NCBI RefSeq assembly: GCF_000018465.1
Contig: NC_010085.1
Span: 1,530,001 to 1,562,000, forward strand
Origin: Nitrosopumilus maritimus SCM1
GTDB taxonomy: Archaea > Thermoproteota > Nitrososphaeria > Nitrososphaerales > Nitrosopumilaceae
Length of the DNA stretch: 32,000 nt
Direction: 5' to 3'
Shown here: one piece after another, positions 9,424 to 17,602 of the stretch
Numbering within the stretch: position 1 is the first letter of the stretch
Layout: the number at the start of each line of letters is the position of its first letter
Position numbers and translations under genes: made by a program
The notes under the pieces: generated by a model
What the model saw: the letters and a program-made list of their open reading frames with translations, nothing else
Database searches by the model: none
Told to the model about the DNA's origin: nothing

Positions 9424-9555
9424 TTATTGAGTACATCAATATTGCCAGTAGAATCATATGAATTTCTATTTACAGAACCTCAAGAAGTATCATATCATTG
9501 CAAGTCTAATCCATGGATGAAAGGCGAAATCTCAGTAAAGAAGAGTAGATTCTAG
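9424..9555 (+). pseudogene. Cupredoxin/plastocyanin C-terminal remnant
   Basis: Codons from 9481 read QEVSYHCKSNPWMKGEISVKKSRF*. Immediately upstream, probably in an adjacent frame, VESYEFLFTEP is readable. Together these resemble a blue-copper C-terminus with no intact start or N-terminal half. Confidence 0.5.
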
Positions 9556-10227
9556 TTGTTCAGATATCTATTTTCAATAATTTTAATCATGGGAATTTTC
9601 GTGAGTCCTGTATTTGCTCAAGAGGTAAAAAATCCATCATTAATTATTGAGACAATAGAGATTCCAGCCAAAGAATTTGACACAATTCAACGTGAGGCAT
9701 CAATTGTTGAATTAGATAATATTCATGCAATAAGTTGGCAAGTTACAATTGATAACAATCTCAATTATGTAAATTCAGAGGGGAATGCAGTCTTTAGACT
9801 CTATGATACCAACTCTGAAGATAAATTCATCGAGATAGGTATGGGTTCAAAACCTGAAGACAAGTTTTGGGTTGCAGTGCAGACTCCAAAAGAAGGATAT
9901 GTTGTAGTTCACAAGGATTTGGAGAGAGGATGGTATCCAGAAGCTAAATCCATCGCATCCTTTACTGACAGAGCAGGGCTGACTGTAAATAACGGAGCAA
10001 GAATTGTAGTTACTAATCTAGACATTGGAGAATTTGCAATTGGTTCTTACTCAGTGTATGGAAAAGAAGGTTCTACTGAACCTACTGCAGTAAATACAGG
10101 CAGTCTAATTTTAGAAATAATGTCAGGAGATCCTGCAAAGAATATTTTTGCGCTATTTCCATTTTACATAGCTGCAGGTGTGGGGATCATAGTAGGAGTA
10201 CTTTACATAACTAAAAAGCGTTCATAG
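9556..10227 (+). CDS. Secreted protein with C-terminal TM anchor
   Basis: TTG start. Signal peptide (FSIILIMGIFVSPVFAQ) and C-terminal TM (IFALFPFYIAAGVGIIVGVLYITKKR). 223 aa. Confidence 0.7.
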   Translation: MFRYLFSIILIMGIFVSPVFAQEVKNPSLIIETIEIPAKEFDTIQREASIVELDNIHAISWQVTIDNNLNYVNSEGNAVFRLYDTNSEDKFIEIGMGSKPEDKFWVAVQTPKEGYVVVHKDLERGWYPEAKSIASFTDRAGLTVNNGARIVVTNLDIGEFAIGSYSVYGKEGSTEPTAVNTGSLILEIMSGDPAKNIFALFPFYIAAGVGIIVGVLYITKKRS

Positions 10228-10270
10228 TGGTACAAATGATTGTTATTAACAAGTCTAAAACAGGTTTTGG

Positions 10271-10423
10271 ATGATGAATTCTATATTAATTATGATAATT
10301 ATTCTTGTATTAACAATTGTCATACTTTTTGTAATTCCTTTTCCAATATCTATTGAATATTGTAATGTAGAATTTATGCAAGATACAATCTATGAATTAC
10401 AGACAAAATGTTGGTCTCGGTAA
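10271..10423 (+). CDS. Possible 50-aa single-TM micro-protein
   Basis: Read directly from sequence (below the ORF-track size cut-off): MMNSILIMIIILVLTIVILFVIPFPISIEYCNVEFMQDTIYELQTKCWSR*. Confidence 0.4.
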   Translation: MMNSILIMIIILVLTIVILFVIPFPISIEYCNVEFMQDTIYELQTKCWSR

Positions 10424-10578
10424 TTAAATCATAATAGTGGTCAAAATACCAATAAAGATAGAAAGACTCACATATCAATATCCATTCTTCAAATAATCCA
10501 ACCTAAAAACCAAAGCTCAATTTACAAAATTTGGTTTGCACGCCAATACTGTTTACATATTATTGGCTACGCATGAAA

Positions 10579-11460
10579 TTATTGTTTTTTGTACAAAAGA
10601 TAGATCCCAGTTAAGATTATCCCCATTGCAATTATTTGGACATGGCTGATTTGTTCTTGCAAAAATATTGCTGCAAAGATAAGACCAAAAACAGAAGATG
10701 TTGAAAAGATCATTATTGTTTTTACAGTTCCAATTCTTTTCAAACCCTGTAAAAATAGAAAGATAGATGCACCAAATCCTGCAATTCCTAAAAGTAGGAT
10801 GTTTGGTAGATGTTCTAATTCTATGTTGATAGGAATTTGCAGTAAAAATACCAATAGCAAAAGAATAGAACCTCCAATTAGAGATTTTAGTTGAACAATT
10901 CTTGCAATATCTAATCGTGTGCTTAGGATTTTGCTTAGATTGTTATCTAAAGCCCAAAACAAAGTGGCTCCAATAATGAGAAAATTTCCTTGATTCCTAA
11001 CATCAAATACAGAATAAGAAAATTCCATATCCGTAGTTACTAGTATCACTCCTGCAATCACTATTGCAACAGCAAGATAACCAATCGTAGTAATTTTTTC
11101 TCTAAACAACAAGATTGCAAGAAATACTGAGAAGATGATTTCCCCATTTAGCAATAATGCAGAATTTGAAGCACTTGAATTTTCCAATCCTGTGAAAAAT
11201 AACATTGGTCCAATTACTGCACCTGAGAAGGCAATAGTTAGCAATAACCATTTGTCTTTGAAAGAAATTGAAGAATTCTTTTTTGAAATTAATGGAGTTG
11301 CAACCAATGAAGCTAGAAAATAGACCAGAGATGCAAGCAATATTGGATGTATTGTAATTAGTGATGGTTTTGCAACAGCAGATACAGAACCAAACAATAA
11401 AGCAGCAAGTATTGCTGAGATATATCCAAACTTTGTTTGGTTAATTGATGCAAAATTCAA
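10579..11460 (-). CDS. EamA/DMT-superfamily transporter
   Basis: 293 aa, about 10 TM segments in two EamA-like halves. Confidence 0.85.
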   Translation of the reverse strand: MNFASINQTKFGYISAILAALLFGSVSAVAKPSLITIHPILLASLVYFLASLVATPLISKKNSSISFKDKWLLLTIAFSGAVIGPMLFFTGLENSSASNSALLLNGEIIFSVFLAILLFREKITTIGYLAVAIVIAGVILVTTDMEFSYSVFDVRNQGNFLIIGATLFWALDNNLSKILSTRLDIARIVQLKSLIGGSILLLLVFLLQIPINIELEHLPNILLLGIAGFGASIFLFLQGLKRIGTVKTIMIFSTSSVFGLIFAAIFLQEQISHVQIIAMGIILTGIYLLYKKQ

Positions 11461-11726
11461 GCAAACTCAATCTGAAAAATACCATGCAGTTGTATATGTA
11501 CTGACTTGAAGCTGCCATTACATTGAAAAAGGCGACGTTTTCCGTGTGTGTGAAGAATCCCTGTAGATATCACTAATTCATGGTCTTCAAGAAGGCGTAT
11601 TATTTTGTAAACAGTAGTAATTTGGATTTTAGTTTCAATAGAAATTTCTTTGACTGACTTTGGAGTTTTTTGAATGCTCAGTAATATTTCGTTACAATAA
11701 TCAAAATGATTTTCTAATTTCATCAT
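11457..11726 (-). CDS. Small winged-helix regulator
   Basis: 89 aa with HTH-like SVKEISIETKIQITTVYKIIRLLEDHELV. Its stop overlaps the DMT gene start by 4 nt. Confidence 0.65.
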   Translation of the reverse strand: MMKLENHFDYCNEILLSIQKTPKSVKEISIETKIQITTVYKIIRLLEDHELVISTGILHTHGKRRLFQCNGSFKSVHIQLHGIFQIEFA

Positions 11727-11869
11727 TAGACAAAATGGAATTTGACACTAATGAATTGATGTTGTTGTTTGAGAGTTGTACTAATCTCTCCCTAACTGTT
11801 TAATCGTTCAATGATTACCTGTTTAATCTAGAGTTATAATATAGAATCTTTATTACATTTTGATGTTAA

Positions 11870-12235
11870 ATGAGCGAGCAATCAAAGAATTTTTTTACTT
11901 CGATTCTGTTATTTTTTCTAGCCGGTCTTTGTGAGATTGGCGGAGGATATTTGGTATGGCTCTGGATTCGTGAAGATTTTGGTTTTGTATTAGGAGCAGT
12001 TGGTGGTTTTGTATTATTTTTGTATGGAATAGTTCCAACATTTCAGAAAACTCACTTTCATAGAATCTATGCAGCTTATGGAGGAGTCTTTATTGTAATG
12101 TCAGTGTTTTGGGGTTGGTTAATTGACGGTGTACAACCTGACAACTATGACATCATTGGGACAATAATTGCAGTAATTGGAGTCTTGATGATTTTCTACT
12201 ATCCAAGAAAAGGAGAAAAGATTTGGTTGAAGTAG
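11870..12235 (+). CDS. YnfA/UPF0060-family small membrane protein, copy 1
   Basis: LAGLCEIGGGYLVWLWIRE...GFVLFLYGIVPTFQ...HRIYAAYGGVFIVMSVFWGWLIDGVQPDNYDIIG is the typical YnfA signature. Confidence 0.9.
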   Translation: MSEQSKNFFTSILLFFLAGLCEIGGGYLVWLWIREDFGFVLGAVGGFVLFLYGIVPTFQKTHFHRIYAAYGGVFIVMSVFWGWLIDGVQPDNYDIIGTIIAVIGVLMIFYYPRKGEKIWLK

Positions 12236-12552
12236 CATCAACTGTTGGAGTGTTCTTTTTTGCGGCACTCTTGGAAATTGGCGGAGGATATTTGGTATGG
12301 AAATGGTTGCGTGATCATAAAGGAAAAGTTCTAGGATTAATTGGAGGTTTGGTCTTGTTTTCTTATGGGATTGTAATGACTTTGCAGCCAGCAGATTTTG
12401 GCAAAGTCTATGCTACTTATGGCGGAATCTTTGTCGTATCATCAATAATTTGGGGATACTGGGTTGACAAGAAAAGACCAGACAGATATGAAGTGATTGG
12501 TTCAGTAGTTGTTTTGATTGGTGTTACAATCATGTTTTACTGGCCACGTTAG
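12223..12552 (+). CDS. YnfA/UPF0060-family small membrane protein, copy 2
   Basis: FFAALLEIGGGYLVWKWLRDHKG...VYATYGGIFVVSSIIWGYWVDKKRPDRYEVIGS. Overlaps copy 1 by 13 nt. Confidence 0.9.
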   Translation: MVEVASTVGVFFFAALLEIGGGYLVWKWLRDHKGKVLGLIGGLVLFSYGIVMTLQPADFGKVYATYGGIFVVSSIIWGYWVDKKRPDRYEVIGSVVVLIGVTIMFYWPR

Positions 12553-12606
12553 GCTCACAGACCAACCAACAACTCGCCTCTTTGTTAACTAAAACAGTAT
12601 CAATTT

Positions 12607-13926
12607 TTAAAATCCAAGAGTTCTATACAAATTTCCTAAAGATGAACTACGTCTTCCTGAAGACAGTAATTTGAGTCGTTTGGATGCTTGTGCTGCAGCT
12701 TCTTTTTTCTTTTTTGATTCCACAACACTAGGCCACCAGTCAGGAAAACAAGAGTTACCAATTAGTTCCGGATCAACTGAAAGTTTGAACTGACTGCCAT
12801 ATCCATGTCTGCCCTTGGATTCTGTCTTTGATACTGCAATACCAGAGTTTACCAATTCAACTAGCATCTCAGAGAACCTCCGATAGGATATCTGCCTAGT
12901 ATCAGGCGATATAATCTTCTGATACTGTTTGAACAGATCAGATGTGCTGTGCCATCCTTCATCATTGATATATGTGAGTCTGGAGAGTGCAGCACATGCA
13001 AGCCTGAAATGATACGAGCCTCCAGAGATGATAGTAGTTATTTGATTTTTTTGCAGTTGGGAGACTGCCTTATCCACGTGTTTTTTTGAAATTTTTTCAT
13101 TTTCAGTTCCTGCAATCTCACCGCTTGTTCTTAGAAGATCAATTGCGCGTCTTGCATCACCGTGCTCTTCAGAACTGATATCAGCGCAATACTGCAAAAC
13201 ATCATCATCTATTTTTTTCAAAAATGATTTTTTTGCTCTATTACGAATTATCTTTAACACATCACTTTGAGAATAAGAATCAAAATAAATCTCAGAAGTG
13301 CCAATTCTCGATACTACTCTGTCATCTAAATTAAATTCAGATAATACCTTGTTTGATATAGTTACAATACACATGTGTCTTTTTAGTGTACGAAGCTTTT
13401 CAACTAGGACAACAATCTTGTAAACAAAGTCCGAAGGCTTGCCTCGTTTGTCATAGAATAACGTATCAAATTCATCAAGACATAATACAAAAATAGAATT
13501 ATCAGATTTTTCAAGTTTTTGTAAAATTAGTTTCTCAAATATTCCAAAAGCATAATTCATGCCCTGAGCGTTTTTGAGATTTTCATGGCCTAGTTCAGAC
13601 AATATCAGATTAATGCATCCAAAAACTGTTTTTGCTTTTCTTAAATTGACATAACAAAAATCAACATCCAAGTTTTGGCAAACAAACTGAACAATGGTAG
13701 ACTTGCCTGAACCACTCCTTCCATAAATTGATACAAGTGGAACAACTAGTCCCTTTTCATAAGATAGCAAGAACTTTACGAGTTTCTTTGATTCAGATTC
13801 CCTTCCAATAATGGAGTTTGTGACAGATAGATTGTCAAGAAATGACTTGTCTGAAAATATAGAATTCTGTGCACGTACATCACCTACAATCTTCTCTAGC
13901 GCTTTTTTGTCCACATAATGTTCCAC
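12607..13926 (-). CDS. cdc6: Orc1/Cdc6-family AAA+ replication initiator
   Basis: Walker A GRSGSGKS, Walker B VLCLDEFD, SRIG arginine region, HGDARRAIDLLR (sensor 2) and a C-terminal winged-helix region. Confidence 0.92.
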   Translation of the reverse strand: MEHYVDKKALEKIVGDVRAQNSIFSDKSFLDNLSVTNSIIGRESESKKLVKFLLSYEKGLVVPLVSIYGRSGSGKSTIVQFVCQNLDVDFCYVNLRKAKTVFGCINLILSELGHENLKNAQGMNYAFGIFEKLILQKLEKSDNSIFVLCLDEFDTLFYDKRGKPSDFVYKIVVLVEKLRTLKRHMCIVTISNKVLSEFNLDDRVVSRIGTSEIYFDSYSQSDVLKIIRNRAKKSFLKKIDDDVLQYCADISSEEHGDARRAIDLLRTSGEIAGTENEKISKKHVDKAVSQLQKNQITTIISGGSYHFRLACAALSRLTYINDEGWHSTSDLFKQYQKIISPDTRQISYRRFSEMLVELVNSGIAVSKTESKGRHGYGSQFKLSVDPELIGNSCFPDWWPSVVESKKKKEAAAQASKRLKLLSSGRRSSSLGNLYRTLGF

Positions 13927-13990
13927 TAGAAACTCATATATAATTACTGGAGGAATTTTTATGCCTAGATTAGAGGAAAGTTATCAAAAA

Positions 13991-15379
13991 TTACATCCTA
14001 ATGAGAGAAAAAGTCTCATATTTTCTGGCAATTACAATTATTCCAATTATAGAAACAACAAGTATCAAAATTGCAATAGTACCAAATTCAGGTGCAACCA
14101 TTATTCCAAACTCAGTTTCTTGTCCAGTATTTCGTATGTTTTCAAATTTAATTGTTGTAGGACCTGTTTGGTCTTCAGCAAATGTGAATTTTTCAAATTC
14201 ACCACCAACTGTTGCAGTTCCAGATACCCGGTATAACTCCGCTCCATTTTGAATGATTACAAAAGAATAATCAGAATTTCTTAAAGGTTCATTTGTCCAT
14301 CCGTCTCTAATAGTAAAGACAAAGTTTGTTTCAACTCCTGGTTCAAGATCTATAGGATCCCATGACAAGTTTACTTTGAAGTCTTCACTCTTTGTAAATG
14401 CCTCTAATGGAAATGATATTTTTTCATTTGTAGTTAAAGTGAAAACAATATTGTCTGGTAGTGGCTCATCAGATTTTTTCATCTCATTTTTTATGAATCT
14501 TAGATGGTCTTGCAATAAAACAAAGTGAACTATTCTCTCATCTTCTTCTGTGTAATCATCAATTGATACTGAAGCTTTGAACAACTCAATTCCATTTGCG
14601 TATCCTGAATAACTAGGACTCAAAAATTCAATGAAATGTTTTGGAAAATGTACTTCTTCGTGCACAACTGTAACGTGAGACATGCTGTTCTCACTCCAAT
14701 CAAAAGGCATCTCAAAAGTTACTTGTTTTGTTGCAGGATCATATTGGAAATTTTGGATTTTATCAAAATAAGATTTCATTCTAAATTCTACATCATTTCC
14801 TTCAGTATCTTCTTGAGGATGAGAAGTGGTTTCAACAAGTGTCAAATCTGCACGATATACACCTGAATCTTCTATGATGTTAGTTGGCTCATCAATGGTT
14901 CTAACTTCAATCTCAAAAGTAAACAATCCACCTGAATCAAAGACGGGGCCTGCAATCTCTATTGGAGATGATTCAGTTGCATGATATGCTCCCAAAAGTG
15001 AATCTTGCTCTCCATTAATTACAAAATTATCATATCCTTGTTGTGATAGTACAGTTATTGGTAAAACACCATTTTCTGTGAAAAAGTAGTTTCTGAAAAT
15101 CATCTCATTGCTATGGAACAATCCAATGAGAAATGTCACATTTTTTGCAGGCTCGTCTGTCTCTTTGTCAGTTGCAGTAATTGTGATTTGTTCTTGCTCA
15201 CTTTCAAAGTACATTGGCATCTCAACTGAAATTGAGATTTCTTTTCCAGCAACATCTACTGAAGATATAGTATCAATTCCCAATCCATGACCATAAACAC
15301 TACTAGCTGGAAACAGCAAACATGCGGCTAGAGCCAAAATTGAAAGTTTTGTAATTGACATCATATCAAATCTTATCAA
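13991..15379 (-). CDS. Secreted PEFG-CTERM-type envelope protein
   Basis: Signal peptide LALAACLLFPASSVYGHGLG. C-terminal MVAPEFGTIAILILVVSIIGIIVIARK (exact PEFG plus TM plus basic tail). Confidence 0.85.
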   Translation of the reverse strand: MIRFDMMSITKLSILALAACLLFPASSVYGHGLGIDTISSVDVAGKEISISVEMPMYFESEQEQITITATDKETDEPAKNVTFLIGLFHSNEMIFRNYFFTENGVLPITVLSQQGYDNFVINGEQDSLLGAYHATESSPIEIAGPVFDSGGLFTFEIEVRTIDEPTNIIEDSGVYRADLTLVETTSHPQEDTEGNDVEFRMKSYFDKIQNFQYDPATKQVTFEMPFDWSENSMSHVTVVHEEVHFPKHFIEFLSPSYSGYANGIELFKASVSIDDYTEEDERIVHFVLLQDHLRFIKNEMKKSDEPLPDNIVFTLTTNEKISFPLEAFTKSEDFKVNLSWDPIDLEPGVETNFVFTIRDGWTNEPLRNSDYSFVIIQNGAELYRVSGTATVGGEFEKFTFAEDQTGPTTIKFENIRNTGQETEFGIMVAPEFGTIAILILVVSIIGIIVIARKYETFSLIRM

Positions 15380-15382
15380 GGG

Positions 15383-16096
15383 TTATTTTATTGTCAGTAA
15401 TTCTTCAACCTTTTGAAGTAATTCATCCATTGTTGTGGCCTCTAGTATTGGTTGCAAGTCATTAGGATCTTTTGCGCCAAGTGCAGATAGCGAATAGATG
15501 TAATCAATTGTAGGAGTATCAGTTGTAAGATAGTATTGTTCTAAAACATGTTCTAATGAATGGGGGTCAACTACTTGCGGCAATGCCTGTTTGATAATCT
15601 TCTTCTTCCACATAGCAACTAGCTCTTCCCATTGTTCTAGTGAGATGTTCTCATCAATTTCAGGAATCATTTCAACTTCAGCTTGAATGTACATTTTTGC
15701 TTCGGTTCCAATTTTTTCGTGTATCTCAGAGATTTGTTGATGACCTTCAACTGAAAGTGGATCATAGTTTTCAGGTTGAGGAATTGAAGGTGGAATAATT
15801 TTTTTAATTCTAAATGAATTTCTGCCTAGTGTTTCAATGTGGAGTTGCAGTCCATCCATTTCAACGTCTGAGCATTTTGTAATTTTTGCAATGGTTCCTA
15901 CCATTTTAGGAGAGTTCCAACCACTAACAGAATTTGTCTCATCAATCAGACATACACCAAACTGACCATCACCTAGCATGCAGTCATCAACTAGCTGCTT
16001 GTAGCGGGGCTCAAAAATTCTCAAAGGAAGTTCTTGTCTAGGGAACAAGACCAAGTCCAATGGAAAAATTGGAATGACTCTAGTTTCTGCCAACAA
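15383..16096 (-). CDS. Lon N-terminal (substrate-binding) domain protein without protease domain
   Basis: IPIFPLDLVLFPRQELPLRIFEPRYKQLVDDCMLGDGQFGVCLI...VGTIAKITKC. No AAA+ or protease domain follows. Confidence 0.88.
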   Translation of the reverse strand: MLAETRVIPIFPLDLVLFPRQELPLRIFEPRYKQLVDDCMLGDGQFGVCLIDETNSVSGWNSPKMVGTIAKITKCSDVEMDGLQLHIETLGRNSFRIKKIIPPSIPQPENYDPLSVEGHQQISEIHEKIGTEAKMYIQAEVEMIPEIDENISLEQWEELVAMWKKKIIKQALPQVVDPHSLEHVLEQYYLTTDTPTIDYIYSLSALGAKDPNDLQPILEATTMDELLQKVEELLTIK

Positions 16097-16134
16097 TGAT
16101 GTTCAAACGTCTCTAGATATATGGAATACGGATT

Positions 16135-17064
16135 CTAGAATCCATTCTCATTTAGTGTCAAGCCCAATAATGCAGCTCGAGTGTACTTTCCATATTCGGC
16201 TTGCTCGAAATATTTTGCATTTTTTGTTTTGTCAACATCAGTTGAGATTTCATCAATTCTTGGAAGAGGATGCAAAATTATGCTATCATCTTTCATTTGT
16301 TTTAGCAAATCCAATCCGACAACATAGCTTCCCTTTACTTTGAGATATTCTTCCTCATCAGGGAATCTCTCTTTTTGGATTCTTGTAACATATAGAACAT
16401 CTAATTCATCAATGTGGTCTTCAATGTTAGTTGATTCAGTATAATCTAATTTTTGTTTGATTTCATAAGTAGAGTCTGATCTAATTCGTAATGATTCAGG
16501 GGAAATTAATCTAACATCAACATCATAGTTTCCTAGTCCATGCAAAAGTGAGTAAACAGTTCTTCCATATTTTAGGTCACCAACAATTCCAATCTTTAAT
16601 CTGTCAATCTTTTTCTTTTCTTTTTTAATTGTGTACAAGTCTTGAATTGCTTGTGTTGGATGCTCTTCTGTTCCACTACCAGCATTGATTACGGGTTTGT
16701 CTGAAACTTCAGCTGCAAATCTACTAGAACCATCAAGAGGGTGTCGTAAAACCATAGCATCAGAATAGATGGAGATGATTCTAACTGTGTCTGCAAGACT
16801 CTCTCCTTTTTGAGTTGAAGATGAGGTGATATCAGAGATTCCTAAAGAATTGCCTCCAATTGATGCCATCGCAGCTTCAAAACTTAGTCTAGTTCTAGTA
16901 CTTGGTTCATAAAACAAATATCCTAAAGTTTTGCCCTTACAAATCTCCCTTCTGTCAATTGGGTCAAGTGAGATGATTTTATCAGTTGATTGAAAGATTT
17001 GTTCAAGTTGATCCTTGCTAAAATCCTTAATTGAGATTATGTCTTTTTGGTAGAACTCGTTCAT
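16135..17064 (-). CDS. pyrB: Aspartate carbamoyltransferase catalytic subunit
   Basis: FYEPSTRTRLSFEAAM, HPTQAIQDLYTI, ILHPLPRIDEI. Confidence 0.97.
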   Translation of the reverse strand: MNEFYQKDIISIKDFSKDQLEQIFQSTDKIISLDPIDRREICKGKTLGYLFYEPSTRTRLSFEAAMASIGGNSLGISDITSSSTQKGESLADTVRIISIYSDAMVLRHPLDGSSRFAAEVSDKPVINAGSGTEEHPTQAIQDLYTIKKEKKKIDRLKIGIVGDLKYGRTVYSLLHGLGNYDVDVRLISPESLRIRSDSTYEIKQKLDYTESTNIEDHIDELDVLYVTRIQKERFPDEEEYLKVKGSYVVGLDLLKQMKDDSIILHPLPRIDEISTDVDKTKNAKYFEQAEYGKYTRAALLGLTLNENGF

Positions 17065-17084
17065 TCTCTCAATGATATATACAG

Positions 17085-17567
17085 GTGGGTATACAAAGTA
17101 TTCTGATGGAACAGTCCGAACTTATGGTTCGACGAATCAAAGAAGGCACTGTAATTGATCACATTGATGAAGGCAAGGGTATTCAGGTACTTAATGCCCT
17201 TAGAATTGATGGAAGTGATGGCAGTCTTATCACCATAGCCCTCAACGTTCCAAGTGGCAAATTTAAGAAAAAAGACATCATCAAAGTTGAAAACAAGTTT
17301 CTAAAAGATGATGATACTAACAAGTTGGCAGTAATTGCACCAAAGGCAACCATCAACATGATCAAGGACTACAAGTTGGTAGAGAAGAGAAGAGTTTCAC
17401 TACCAAATGAGATTGATAGGATATTTCGATGCTCAAACCCTGATTGTGTAACAAACAGTACTGAGCATATCGAATCAATCATGGATGTTATTGACAAAGA
17501 AGGACGGGTTCTCAAGTGTAGATATTGTTCTAGAGTGCTAGACGTAAATCAGCTAAAATATAATTAA
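17085..17567 (+). CDS. pyrI: Aspartate carbamoyltransferase regulatory subunit
   Basis: VRRIKEGTVIDHIDEGKGIQVLNAL...RCSNPDCVTN...LKCRYCSR zinc domain. True start may be ATG 17106 or 17124 rather than GTG 17085. Confidence 0.95.
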   Translation: MGIQSILMEQSELMVRRIKEGTVIDHIDEGKGIQVLNALRIDGSDGSLITIALNVPSGKFKKKDIIKVENKFLKDDDTNKLAVIAPKATINMIKDYKLVEKRRVSLPNEIDRIFRCSNPDCVTNSTEHIESIMDVIDKEGRVLKCRYCSRVLDVNQLKYN

Positions 17568-17602
17568 AAAATTTTAAAAATTGAAAAATATGTTGTTTAG
17601 GA

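Noticed and set aside
12553-13990. Possible replication origin flanking Orc1/Cdc6
   Set aside because: Flanking gaps are only ~54 and ~64 nt and I saw no ORB-like repeats or extended AT-rich unwinding element.
13961-14252. 91-aa and 83-aa plus-strand ORFs overlapping the end of the PEFG-type gene
   Set aside because: Shadow frames of the clear 13991..15379 CDS.
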